Shown: positions 1 to 9,296 of the stretch, piece by piece | Layout: each line of letters opens with the position of its first letter | How positions within the stretch are numbered: position 1 is the first letter of the stretch | Assembly: GCF_001481685.1 (NCBI RefSeq) | Contig: NZ_CP006867.1 | Span: 450,001 to 482,000 of the forward strand | Reading direction: 5' to 3' | DNA from: Ignicoccus islandicus DSM 13165 | GTDB lineage: Archaea; Thermoproteota; Thermoprotei_A; Sulfolobales; Ignicoccaceae | Length of the DNA stretch: 32,000 bases | Program-made: the position numbers and the translations under genes | The notes under the pieces: model-generated | Database searches by the model: none | Told to the model about the DNA's origin: nothing | Seen by the model: the letters and a program-made list of their open reading frames with translations, nothing else

Positions 1-9
1 ATTGAGAAG

Positions 10-624
10 ATGTATGAGCCTTACGACGACTTGGACAAGGCCTATAATTCCTTGAGCAAAGTGAACAACCCGTTGGTAGATGCGATTAGGAAGGAGATGC
101 AGAAGAGGGCGTGGAGCATTGCGGAACTGGGGAGGGTCAAGTCGACCTTGAACCAATTGCTCAACTACCTATCCGATTACTTGGAAGCAAGGGAGAGGCT
201 GGAGAAATTGCTTGACAGCGAGGCCAATTACACTACAGTGTTCGAAATATCCAATTTGGTTCAGAGGATGAAGGTCGATTACGGGATGATGGAGAAGCTC
301 TCCCAAGAGCTGGCCAACCAAGTTAGGGAGCTCAAAGCGAACGAGCCCTCTGTTGATCTTCGAGCGGTCAAGGCCCAAGTGGGGGACTTGAATCAGTTGC
401 TCAACAAGTTGGGGAGGAAAATTAGCGTTAAGGAGATGTTCGAGCTGAAGAAGAGGATCGAGGTAGTAGGAATAGGGAAGGTCATAGACGCGTACTTGAA
501 GGAGAAGGTGGAGGAGCTAAAGGAGACCTACGATCAGTTTTCCAAGGCTTGGAACTCCTTGATGGCTCAAATGAAGAGCGAGCTAGGGACTTACGAGGAG
601 ATAGCCAAAGTGGTGAGCGGGTAA
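10..624 (+). CDS. hypothetical coiled-coil protein (possibly 5' partial)
   Basis: A 204-aa ORF rich in heptad-like E/K/L segments, with no recognisable catalytic motif. The three in-frame codons upstream (nt 1-9) contain no stop, so the gene may begin outside the window. Confidence 0.5.
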   Translation: MYEPYDDLDKAYNSLSKVNNPLVDAIRKEMQKRAWSIAELGRVKSTLNQLLNYLSDYLEARERLEKLLDSEANYTTVFEISNLVQRMKVDYGMMEKLSQELANQVRELKANEPSVDLRAVKAQVGDLNQLLNKLGRKISVKEMFELKKRIEVVGIGKVIDAYLKEKVEELKETYDQFSKAWNSLMAQMKSELGTYEEIAKVVSG

Positions 625-630
625 AGGAAG

Positions 631-640
631 TTTTTGTTTC
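631..640 (+). terminator. oligo-T archaeal-type terminator candidate
   Basis: TTTTTGTTTC starts 7 nt after the stop codon at 622-624. Confidence 0.3.
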
Positions 641-720
641 ACTCTCTAAAGTTAAGAGTTCTCAAAAACCACTTCGTTAACTTGGGGACCCTAAAAGGTT
701 GAACGTAAGCAAATAAAAAT

Positions 721-1905
721 TTACCTTTGACAGAGTAAAGTAACCGGGTTCAGTTGGGTTACAGTTAGTGTTGCCGTACAAGGCCCTATGGCTAGAACTT
801 GTAGCGGACCTTTGGCAATGGTCCACACGAACTGACCTCCGCACGGACCCTTGGTCCACGAACCCCCATAGGCCTTGTATACTGTGTTCGTTCCAGCGAC
901 TTCGCTATAAACGGTAAAGCCCTCGCCGACGTATATGGTCGGGCAACTGCCTTTACAGCTGATCACAGCTACGTTACTCGATGGAACTAAGAATTCCATT
1001 GGAACGTAGTTCTCCGCAGAAATCACAGCCGTTCTGTAAGTGGTCTCGTATGTAACTTTCTTCACTAAATCGGTTGCCTTAACGCATCCGCTTACCGTAG
1101 CGTACTCGGTGTTAGTAACTACTGTAGTTACGGTCTCGGTCACTGTAACTGTCTGGGTCAACTTAACCGTTACGACCTTAATTGAGTTAGGTAAGCTCTC
1201 CTTGGTTGTCGAAAAGGTGACGTTGAAGTAACCGAACTTCTTCAACAAGCTGAAGGCTATTAGGAATTCGGCGGTTGCCTTGTCGTCCGGCAGACCTATT
1301 TCGTTCTTCAAGAACCCTTGGGGGGATAGCCTCTTCGCTAGCTCCTTGGTCAGTTCGTGATTGCCGTATAGCTCGTTCAGAGCAGAACACCATATTAAGG
1401 CCTCTAGTGACTTTACTTCGTTCATCAAGTCCAACAATGAATATATCCAAGGCGGTTCCACGCCAATTAGCTTGGAGAAGAACCCTGCCTTGCAAGCGCA
1501 AGCCAGGCCGGAGTCGATCACGTCGAGCAGGCTAGCGCTCTTCACGTCTTCAACGAAGCTCTCCCACGAGGGCATTCCTACCATTGCGTATACGAAGGCC
1601 TTCTCGGCTTTCGAACAGATCGTATTGGACTCTACTTCCAACAAGTCCCTCGGTACCTTATACCCCATTATCTTCAATGCGAGCGCTGCTTCCAGTTTGT
1701 AAGTTACGCCTTCGCCTTTCAACGCCTTTTCAATTAAGAGCTCGTTAGGCGTCATTCCGTTCATTACTTGAGCCAGTATTAACGCACCGGGATACTTGCC
1801 ATTAACTTCCAAGTAATCCATCGAGGCTTTCAGGTCCACTGAAACTGCATAGCTCAACGAAGCTATCAAAAGGAAGGCCAACGTAACGCTACTCCATTTA
1901 AGCAT
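721..1905 (-). CDS. secreted/surface protein, unknown function
   Basis: The N-terminus is signal-peptide-like (MLKWSSVTLAFLLIASLSYAVS). It is followed by a helical N-domain, a T/V-rich linker (TQTVTVTETVTTVVTNT) and a Cys-rich beta-type C-domain. No family was recognised. Confidence 0.6.
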   Translation of the reverse strand: MLKWSSVTLAFLLIASLSYAVSVDLKASMDYLEVNGKYPGALILAQVMNGMTPNELLIEKALKGEGVTYKLEAALALKIMGYKVPRDLLEVESNTICSKAEKAFVYAMVGMPSWESFVEDVKSASLLDVIDSGLACACKAGFFSKLIGVEPPWIYSLLDLMNEVKSLEALIWCSALNELYGNHELTKELAKRLSPQGFLKNEIGLPDDKATAEFLIAFSLLKKFGYFNVTFSTTKESLPNSIKVVTVKLTQTVTVTETVTTVVTNTEYATVSGCVKATDLVKKVTYETTYRTAVISAENYVPMEFLVPSSNVAVISCKGSCPTIYVGEGFTVYSEVAGTNTVYKAYGGSWTKGPCGGQFVWTIAKGPLQVLAIGPCTATLTVTQLNPVTLLCQR

Positions 1906-1941
1906 ACGTCGAGCCCTAGAACCAGTGCTAGATTTACACAG

Positions 1942-1946
1942 AAAAA
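1942..1946 (-). terminator. oligo-T terminator candidate after paaK
   Basis: The minus strand reads AACTTTTTCTG, a T5 run about 32 nt downstream of the paaK stop at 1978. Confidence 0.25.
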
Positions 1947-1977
1947 GTTACCCCTAGCTAGCGAATGTACTATTCCC

Positions 1978-3285
1978 CTAGAGCTTCCTCTTATCGATTA
2001 CTCTCTTAGCCTTTCCTCCCTCGACTCTAGGAATTTCACCTGGATCCATAACCTTGACTCTCGGTGATATTATCAAGACCTCCCTTAACTTGTACTCGAG
2101 TTCTCTTGCTAGTTTCTCCTTATCTTCGTCACTCAATTTCTCTTTAGACTCAACGAATACGTACATCCTATCTAGGTTGCCTTCCCTCTCTACTACTATT
2201 TGATAGTTATGACCAACCCTAGGATCTGACAAGAGCGTTATTTCGACGGCAGATGGGAACACGTTCACGCCATTTATTATTAACATGTCGTCGGCCCTTC
2301 CCTTTATTCTAGCGATCTTTCTCATAGTTCTACCACATTCACAGCTTCTAGTATCATAGATGAAGGTTAGATCGTTCGTCCAATATCGAAGCAAAGGCAT
2401 GGCCTCGTGGGTTATTGGCGTGACTACTAGAACGCCCTCCTCCTCGGGTTCGAGCACCTCGCCCGTCTTGGGGTCTACAACTTCTACTATGTAATGGTCT
2501 TCCCATACGTGTAAACCGTTATGGTATTGACATTCCATTGCCGTACCGGGACCGTACAGCTCGCTCATGCCATAGATATCGTACGAGTCCATGTCCCAGA
2601 GCTCGTTAATCCTCTTCCTCAACTCATCGCTCCACATTTCCGCACCAAATATACCAGTCCTAACCTTGGTGTCCTTAGCTGGATCAATACCCATTTCCAA
2701 GGCTACCTCAGCGAGTCTCAACGCGTAGTTAGGAACGGCTCCTAACACCGTTGCGCCGAGATCCTTTATCATTTGAACGTGCCTCTGAGTAAATCCGGTT
2801 CCGGCCGGAACTACCATTGCGCCTAGTTTCTGACCGCCGTAGTGGAAGCCCAGTCCCCCCGTGAACCAATGGTAACCTAAAGCAACGTACAATATATCGT
2901 CTTTAGTGACGCCTGCTGCGGCAAAGCTCCTGGCCATTAAGTTCGACCAATTCTCAATGTCTGTTGCTGTGTATCCAACTACTGTCGGCTTCCCCGTGGT
3001 TCCCGAGGATGCGTGAATTTCTATTACCTCACTTAAGGGAACCGCGAACATTCCGTAGGGATAAGCTTCTCTTAAATCGTTCTTATAAGTAAATGGAATC
3101 TTTCTCAAGTCTTCGAGGCTCCTTATATCGTCAGGGGTGATACCAGCTTCTTGGAACTTCCTTCGATATATTGGAACGTTCTCGTAGGCTCTTCTAACGG
3201 TCTCCTTTAGCCTCTTAAGTTGTATTCTCTCTATCTCCTCTCTAGGCGCTTTCTCTATAGGATCTAATATATATGGTTTACCCAT
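1978..3285 (-). CDS. paaK: phenylacetate-CoA ligase family (PaaK / coenzyme F390 synthetase-like, AMP-forming)
   Basis: 435 aa, with a typical PaaK N-terminus (EEIERIQLKRLKETVRRAYENVPIYRRKFQEAGITPDDI) and the adenylation motif SSGTTGKPT. Its ATG overlaps the stop of the upstream symporter gene (ATGGGTAA). Confidence 0.85.
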   Translation of the reverse strand: MGKPYILDPIEKAPREEIERIQLKRLKETVRRAYENVPIYRRKFQEAGITPDDIRSLEDLRKIPFTYKNDLREAYPYGMFAVPLSEVIEIHASSGTTGKPTVVGYTATDIENWSNLMARSFAAAGVTKDDILYVALGYHWFTGGLGFHYGGQKLGAMVVPAGTGFTQRHVQMIKDLGATVLGAVPNYALRLAEVALEMGIDPAKDTKVRTGIFGAEMWSDELRKRINELWDMDSYDIYGMSELYGPGTAMECQYHNGLHVWEDHYIVEVVDPKTGEVLEPEEEGVLVVTPITHEAMPLLRYWTNDLTFIYDTRSCECGRTMRKIARIKGRADDMLIINGVNVFPSAVEITLLSDPRVGHNYQIVVEREGNLDRMYVFVESKEKLSDEDKEKLARELEYKLREVLIISPRVKVMDPGEIPRVEGGKAKRVIDKRKL

Positions 3286-4672
3286 TCCTCCTAATCACCT
3301 CCATTACAACGAATGCGAGTGCTGAAGCTAGTATGGTTACGCAAAAACTCATATCCATGAAAGGTAACTTAAAGCTTAAGGCTTTCGCGAAGCCATAGAG
3401 GAGAGCTACTAAGGCACCTACTAGGGAGCTCGCAACGACGCTTTCGGTTCTTCCCACCTTAAAGACTACTGCGAGGACGGGAACGAGGAACGCACCGGCC
3501 GTGAGCGTCCAACCGGTCTTGAAGACGCTAGTTACGGCTGACGCGAGTTCCTTCGGTAGCGTGAGAGTTAAGACAGCAATCCCAGCAGCGATGACCATGC
3601 TTAGGAAGCTGAGGACCCTCAAAACCTTAGTATCTCTTATGCCCAGAATGTCATATGCTACTGCGCTTCCAACTGTTAATGAAATGGAATCCGCCGTGCT
3701 CATTGCTGCCGCTAATACGGCTGCGCTAAATACCGACGCTCCAATAGGGCCCAACATTTCCTTTGCTAAGATTGGTATGACCTTCAGGGGATTTACTTTC
3801 CCTTGAACGAGGTGGGAAGCGGCCAATCCGCTAATGAAGCTCCCGTATGTAACAATGAAGGCAAACGCCGTTGCAATGAACGTAGATCTCTTTACTACTG
3901 AAGGACTCTTAGCTGTGTAGAACCTATTAAGCAACTGCGGGAGGCCCCATACAGCAATGCTAGTTAGGAAGGCGAGATCCACTATTAAGGCTACGTCTAT
4001 TTTCTGGGGTGGGACGTAGGGCTTAGATGCTTCTAAAGCACCGAGCCCACCAGCACGCAGAGAGGCTAAGGCTGCGAGGGATAACACTCCTAATGCCATT
4101 ATGATTCCTTGAATTGCATCAGTCCATACGACGCTGTACATGCCCCCCAAAGCTACGTAAATCGCCATTACTAATGCGATAAGAAACGCGGAGGTAGCTA
4201 AATCTATTCCAAATACCGTTCCGACCATGGCGGCTGCGCCGCTAATAACGGTCGCTGCGTACAAAGTGAGACCAATTGCAGTTACTAGCCCCAAAAGCTT
4301 CTGCAAGTTACCATTGTTGTAAACCTTAGCGAAAAGTTCAGGCACAGTTAGGGCGTCGTACTGCGCGCTAAGTTTATTTATCTCCCTTCCTATCAGTATG
4401 AAAGTTAATAGAGCGCCTGCTAAAACGTTCATTAATGGAATTAACATACTCGTACTTCCCCAAAGGAAGGCCCACGCTCCGCCGACCACTATTACAACGC
4501 TAGAGAAATAGGTTGCACCGAAGGTAAAGGCCAGTAGCCACTCGCCTATTTCCCTATTGGCTACGAGGAAGCCCTTAATTGTATCGGCCTTAGACTTGAA
4601 TATGAAACCTATTGCCAAGCTCAAAGCTAAGTAAGAAATTAAAACTGCTTCGCTAATCATTCTCGTCCTCAC
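3278..4672 (-). CDS. sodium:solute symporter (SSS) family transporter
   Basis: About 460 aa and polytopic (roughly 12-13 hydrophobic spans), with SSS-like composition. The track start at 4672 is a GTG. The ATG at 4660 (MISEAVL...) is an equally plausible start. Confidence 0.8.
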   Translation of the reverse strand: MRTRMISEAVLISYLALSLAIGFIFKSKADTIKGFLVANREIGEWLLAFTFGATYFSSVVIVVGGAWAFLWGSTSMLIPLMNVLAGALLTFILIGREINKLSAQYDALTVPELFAKVYNNGNLQKLLGLVTAIGLTLYAATVISGAAAMVGTVFGIDLATSAFLIALVMAIYVALGGMYSVVWTDAIQGIIMALGVLSLAALASLRAGGLGALEASKPYVPPQKIDVALIVDLAFLTSIAVWGLPQLLNRFYTAKSPSVVKRSTFIATAFAFIVTYGSFISGLAASHLVQGKVNPLKVIPILAKEMLGPIGASVFSAAVLAAAMSTADSISLTVGSAVAYDILGIRDTKVLRVLSFLSMVIAAGIAVLTLTLPKELASAVTSVFKTGWTLTAGAFLVPVLAVVFKVGRTESVVASSLVGALVALLYGFAKALSFKLPFMDMSFCVTILASALAFVVMEVIRRNG

Positions 4673-4745
4673 CTTTTCCGCTAAAGCTGTAAAACGCGGC
4701 CAGTGCTACGCCTATTAGTCCCCCAATGAGGGTTACGAGGACCAC
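4653..4745 (-). CDS. candidate 30-aa single-TM mini-protein upstream of and overlapping the symporter gene
   Basis: Hand translation gives GTG-VLVTLIGGLIGVALAAFYSFSGKGEDEND-TAG. A GGTGGGA Shine-Dalgarno-like motif lies about 7 nt upstream. The stop overlaps the symporter ATG region. It is not in the supplied track because it is too short. Confidence 0.25.
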   Translation of the reverse strand: MVLVTLIGGLIGVALAAFYSFSGKGEDEND

Positions 4746-4790
4746 TACATCCCACCGAGTTCCTACTTCTCTAAATTAATTTTAAAAGGT

Positions 4791-5366
4791 TTACGCCATA
4801 CCAACTTCAATGGCTCTCTTGTTGATCTCATAGGCCTTCGGCCACAGCTCCCGGACCGTTTCCAATACGCTATTTAGGGAAATGAATTCGCCTAGTTTCG
4901 TATGCTTTAACGCCTTGCCTAGTAAGACCATATTTGCAGACCTTGGATCGCCTAGTTGAAGTGCCTTTGAGGTAGCTGGAACTGTAAATACCTTCCATCT
5001 ATTTAGAACATTGAGAATAAAGTTCCTCGAAGGAACTTCAATACCGGGAAGGGGAGGAGGCAGTAGGTAATCGTTTACTACTATTTCGGCGTCTTTAGAA
5101 AGGAAATCTAAGTACCTGGCAGCCTCCAACAACTCCATTGAAAGCATTAAGTCTCCCTCCCCCTTCGGTATCAGAGGAGCTTCTACATCGCCGAGCCTTA
5201 CGTGAACGATAACCGTTCCACCGCGTTGACTCAGACCGTGAGTTTCCGCAACGATTGAATTCACTCCTTCTCTCAAAGCAGCGTTTGCTATAACGTTAGC
5301 GAGCGTTATTAGACCTTGACCGCCTACGCCCGTTATAACTACGTTCAATTTCACTTCGACGATCAC
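4791..5366 (-). CDS. iorB: indolepyruvate:ferredoxin oxidoreductase, beta subunit
   Basis: 191 aa with the N-terminal motif ITGVGGQGLITLANVIANAAL typical of the 2-oxoacid oxidoreductase gamma/IorB fold. Its GTG start overlaps the iorA stop (GTGA). Confidence 0.85.
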   Translation of the reverse strand: MIVEVKLNVVITGVGGQGLITLANVIANAALREGVNSIVAETHGLSQRGGTVIVHVRLGDVEAPLIPKGEGDLMLSMELLEAARYLDFLSKDAEIVVNDYLLPPPLPGIEVPSRNFILNVLNRWKVFTVPATSKALQLGDPRSANMVLLGKALKHTKLGEFISLNSVLETVRELWPKAYEINKRAIEVGMA

Positions 5367-7291
5367 CTCGGTTTAGCTGTTCTGAGCAGTTGATCCCATC
5401 TTTCGTTCTTAAAAGTTGGAACGAAGGCGCCGAATGGGCACACTTGTTCGCATTGACCGCAACCTATACACAACGACGGATCGATCCAAGCCTTTCCGTC
5501 TTCCTTCTTCAATATGGCCGGGCAATTGAAAGCAGTATAGCAAATTCCGCAAGCAGTACATTTGCTTTCATCTACGACGTACTTAGGTACGTCTACGCCG
5601 CTCCTACGGGCCTCCGCTAATGCAACTAGAGCGCAAGCTCCCCGCGCCACTACCACAGCCGGTTTTCTATGCTCAAGAACGTACTTTAATGCTTTTTCCG
5701 TACCTTCTTCGGAGTTCCTGATATCGAAGGCATCGACGACCTCAACCTCCTCGACGCCAATTCCTCTAATTACTCCCTCAATATCTATTCTCTTCCTCTC
5801 CCTCTTTCCAACGAAGCCTCCTATTCCCGGATGCGGCTGGTGTCCAGTCATTGCTGTAGTGAAGTTATCCAGAATTATTACTAGTAAAGGAATCTGGTTG
5901 TAAACCACGTTTATCAGAGACTCCACTCCGCTATGGAAGAACGTGGAGTCGCCTATTATCGAAACAACGACCGTCTTTGGGTCGCCTTCGAAGGCCTTAG
6001 CTATACCTCCTCCAGCAGAAATGCTCGCGCCCATGTCTAATATGATGTCTTGTACTTCAAACGGTGGCGAGATCCCTAAGCTGTAACACCCAATGTCACC
6101 GCTGTATATGGGGTTCACCCTATTCCTATTAATAACCCTTTTAAGAGCATAGAAGTACGACCTGTAGGGACATCCAGCACAGAGAACTGGGGGTCTGGGA
6201 GGTATATTAAGCTGAATAATTTCCGTCCGTCGTTTCTCTACTTTAATGTTAAGAACTCTACCTATGAGTTCCCTTACTTCCGATAAATCTAGCTCACCGT
6301 AAACTCTAAGACTACCGTCCATCTTACCGTAGACTCTAGCGTTAGAGTCCCTTGCTTGAAGGTGTGATCTTATCTGCCCCTCAACGACTGGTTCACCTTC
6401 TTCAATTACTATTATCTCATCGTATTCTGTGAGCTTCTCCAAGAACTTGCTCGGCATTGGAACGGGCGTACTCACTCCGAAGACAGTTACGTCCGCCTCA
6501 AGTTCTTTGATGGCCTCTTTAGCGTACCTGTATCCGATACCGGATGCAACTACTGCTACTGAACCACTCATTTCAATAGTATTAAGCGGAAAGTCTGAGA
6601 ACTCCTTCCTTATTTTCTCCCAGTCTTCAAGGAGCCTTATCCTGTGTTCCCTAGCAAACTCGGGGACCAAAGTGTATCTCTTCGGGTTCTTTTGGAAGAA
6701 AGGCACGTTCTCATGTTTCCTCAAGGAACCTAAACTAATAGGTACTCTAGTGTGAGCGATCCTAGTAGTTATTCTGAGTAAGATCGGTCTCTTAAATCTA
6801 GCACTCCAATCTAGCGATAGCTTGGCCGCTTCCTTTGCTTCTTGAGCACCTCTCGGTTCTATTACGGGAACGTAAGCGTGAACGCCATATATTCTATTGT
6901 CTTGTTCGTTCTGGCTGCTCCACATCCACGGATCGTCCGCTGAGACTACTACCAACGCACCTTCTATTCCCAAATAAGCTATACTGAAGAAGGGGTCGGC
7001 TGCAACGTTCAACCCTACGTGTTTCATCCCACTGAACGCCCTCAGACCCACTAGGGCAGCGCCGGCCGCTGACTCCAAGGCAACCTTCTCGTTAACGCTC
7101 CACTCAACGTAAGGCCAGCCTAACTTCGAAGAGGCGTATTCAAGTGCCTCAGTTATCTCGGTCGAGGGCGTACCCGGATAAGAAGCTGCGTATTGTAGAC
7201 CTGCTTCCAGGAAGCCCCTCGCAATTGCCGCATTTCCTAGCATTACCTTAGTGCGTCCAGCCTCCTCTATTACCTCTTGATACTTAGGCAC
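5363..7291 (-). CDS. iorA: indolepyruvate:ferredoxin oxidoreductase, alpha subunit
   Basis: 642 aa. It has a TPP-binding region (GDIGCYSLG ... IGDSTFFHSG) and two C-terminal 4Fe-4S motifs (CTACGICYTAFNCP, CIGCGQCEQVCP). Size and architecture are typical of IorA. Confidence 0.9.
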   Translation of the reverse strand: MPKYQEVIEEAGRTKVMLGNAAIARGFLEAGLQYAASYPGTPSTEITEALEYASSKLGWPYVEWSVNEKVALESAAGAALVGLRAFSGMKHVGLNVAADPFFSIAYLGIEGALVVVSADDPWMWSSQNEQDNRIYGVHAYVPVIEPRGAQEAKEAAKLSLDWSARFKRPILLRITTRIAHTRVPISLGSLRKHENVPFFQKNPKRYTLVPEFAREHRIRLLEDWEKIRKEFSDFPLNTIEMSGSVAVVASGIGYRYAKEAIKELEADVTVFGVSTPVPMPSKFLEKLTEYDEIIVIEEGEPVVEGQIRSHLQARDSNARVYGKMDGSLRVYGELDLSEVRELIGRVLNIKVEKRRTEIIQLNIPPRPPVLCAGCPYRSYFYALKRVINRNRVNPIYSGDIGCYSLGISPPFEVQDIILDMGASISAGGGIAKAFEGDPKTVVVSIIGDSTFFHSGVESLINVVYNQIPLLVIILDNFTTAMTGHQPHPGIGGFVGKRERKRIDIEGVIRGIGVEEVEVVDAFDIRNSEEGTEKALKYVLEHRKPAVVVARGACALVALAEARRSGVDVPKYVVDESKCTACGICYTAFNCPAILKKEDGKAWIDPSLCIGCGQCEQVCPFGAFVPTFKNERWDQLLRTAKPR

Positions 7292-7339
7292 AAGAAGTAC
7301 ACCAGAACTTAAGGATGTAATTTGATAATAAAGCTTGCC

Positions 7340-7945
7340 TTAGAGCTCTATATTTGCATGAGCCTCCTTTAAGTCTTCTTCGGTCTTTCCTAATCTGTGC
7401 ATAAGCTCTACCACTACGCTATCTAAGAACGCTTGGGTGGTTATCTCAAATAGCGTACCCAATGGAGCTAAAGGTTCGTGAATACCTAAGATCTGACGTG
7501 AGAAGTAATCTTGAGAAACGCTTACCTTCGTTCTGCCCGGTATTTCCACAATCACGTCGGCTAACTGACCAAGCGGAGAGTTGGGATAGCTCGTAAGAGC
7601 CACTAGCTTCGCTCCCACATGCTTCGCCGTCTCGGCAGCCGCAACCACTAGCTTCGTGGTTCCAGAACCCGAAATGGCTATTACGACGTCCCCTTTCTTT
7701 ACGCTCGGAACAATTGTATCGCCTAGTACGTAGGCGTTGTAACCTAGGTGCATAAGTCTCATAGCGAACGCTCTAGCCACTAGACCGCTTCTACCGGCTC
7801 CCATAACTAGTACTTTAGACCACTTATTGTTGTAAGTGGAAACTAGCAAGTTTATGAATTCTTCAACTTGATGTTCCTTCAAGTACTTAGAGGCGAAGTA
7901 GATGAAGTTCGCGATTTCCTCCATAGTCTTATATACATACATCAA
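7340..7945 (-). CDS. hxlB: 6-phospho-3-hexuloisomerase (SIS domain, PHI family)
   Basis: About 200 aa with a SIS motif ([32 protein letters not shown] ... [11 protein letters not shown]). The track start is a TTG. An ATG at 7942 follows immediately. Confidence 0.7.
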   Translation of the reverse strand: MMYVYKTMEEIANFIYFASKYLKEHQVEEFINLLVSTYNNKWSKVLVMGAGRSGLVARAFAMRLMHLGYNAYVLGDTIVPSVKKGDVVIAISGSGTTKLVVAAAETAKHVGAKLVALTSYPNSPLGQLADVIVEIPGRTKVSVSQDYFSRQILGIHEPLAPLGTLFEITTQAFLDSVVVELMHRLGKTEEDLKEAHANIEL

Positions 7946-7988
7946 TTGAGAGTCCCCTCCCGACCGATCGAAGAATCTTTTATAACCA

Positions 7989-8837
7989 TTAGTTCGAATT
8001 TAGTTCATACCACTTCCTCTTCAACATCATTGCGTCCTCTTCCAGATTGGGCGACTCACATATTAGAACCCCCTTAACGTTGAAGTCTTTCAATGCTCTT
8101 AATACATCAATCCAAGCCATATCGGATTCTAGTAGGTTCAAGTGAGTTCCGTGTCTATCGAGTTTTATTCCAGATAAGTGAATATGCATATTGTCTAACG
8201 CCTTTCTACCTAATTCCTTCTCGAGCTTCTCGAGTATTTTCGCGAAGTCTTCGTAGGTGTTCCAATTTTCTCTATACCTCAAGTGGGCGAAGTCTATGCA
8301 AGGAAGTACCTTCTCAAACTCAAGTGAAAGTGCGATTACCTCGTCCAAGCTACCGAACTTCGACTTCATCTCCATAGTCTCAGGGCGAATCCAAACATCA
8401 ACGCCCTCGCTGTCCAACGTTTCAACTATTTCCTTAAGTGCGTCCCTTATTATTGAGTAAACTGTTGACGGAGGTCTTTTCATGTACCAGCCTGGGTGAA
8501 AAACTACGCTCCATCCTCCGGCAGCGTGTAGCACTCTTGCCGATTGCAAAACGTATTCTATACTCTTCCTCCTCTTTTCCTCCTCCTTTGCAGCCAAATT
8601 AACGTAATAGGGCGCGTGGGCTGTCAGAACTACGTCCAGTTCCCTAGCTACCCTACCGGCCTCTCTAGCCTTATCAATACTCAATCTCACGCCTCTAACG
8701 AACTCCAATTCCATGGCGTCTAAGCCGAGTTGCGCGACCGTCTTTATACCTTCTATTACGTTCTTCCTCTTAGTGACATTAGGTATTCCAGCGGGACCAA
8801 ACCTCAACCTGTCTATTTGAAAAGGCATTGTCGGCAA
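7989..8837 (-). CDS. nfo: endonuclease IV family (AP endonuclease 2 / xylose-isomerase-like TIM barrel)
   Basis: The motif series is collinear with Nfo: [40 protein letters not shown]. The track start is a TTG. An ATG at 8828 ([16 protein letters not shown]) is an alternative start. Confidence 0.7.
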   Translation of the reverse strand: MPTMPFQIDRLRFGPAGIPNVTKRKNVIEGIKTVAQLGLDAMELEFVRGVRLSIDKAREAGRVARELDVVLTAHAPYYVNLAAKEEEKRRKSIEYVLQSARVLHAAGGWSVVFHPGWYMKRPPSTVYSIIRDALKEIVETLDSEGVDVWIRPETMEMKSKFGSLDEVIALSLEFEKVLPCIDFAHLRYRENWNTYEDFAKILEKLEKELGRKALDNMHIHLSGIKLDRHGTHLNLLESDMAWIDVLRALKDFNVKGVLICESPNLEEDAMMLKRKWYELNSN

Positions 8838-8933
8838 CCGGAACTTCCCCTAAGGGAATTAAACAAAATCTTATGCTTTCGATGTTTAAGGTGCAATTAT
8901 TAATTCGATTAATTAGACCCTTTAAGGAAGGGT

Positions 8934-9296
8934 GTGAAAGGAATGGTTTGTAATGAAAAGGTTATCAATTGGAAGGACGTGAATCCCGAGCAAGTACCCG
9001 AAGACAAGGCTAAGGGAACAACAATAAGGTGGATTTTCAAACATGGGGAGACACCTACTTTCCTAATGAGAATATTTGAAGTAGAACCTGGAGGGGAAAT
9101 TTACGATCACTCACACCCATGGGAACACGAGATATTCATTCTGAGCGGTAAGGGAGTTATAAGAATAGACGGGAGGGAATACGAAGTTAAAGAGGGGGAC
9201 GCCATTTACATTCCTCCATGTAAGACTCATTACTATAAGAACACGGGAGACGACGTGCTCCGATTTATCTGTTTAATACCTAAAGAAGGCAAGTGA
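8934..9296 (+). CDS. small cupin-domain protein
   Basis: 120 aa with the cupin metal motif GGEIYDHSHPWEHEIFILSG ... GDAIYIPP..H. Confidence 0.7.
   Translation: MKGMVCNEKVINWKDVNPEQVPEDKAKGTTIRWIFKHGETPTFLMRIFEVEPGGEIYDHSHPWEHEIFILSGKGVIRIDGREYEVKEGDAIYIPPCKTHYYKNTGDDVLRFICLIPKEGK

Noticed and set aside
1187-1702. Overlapping and antisense ORFs within well-supported genes (for example 1187-1501, 1275-1535, 1361-1702, 5562-5903, 6429-6755, 21956-22231, 25083-25375)
   Set aside because: Each lies entirely inside a longer ORF with clear family motifs on the same or opposite strand, and has a biased, low-complexity composition.
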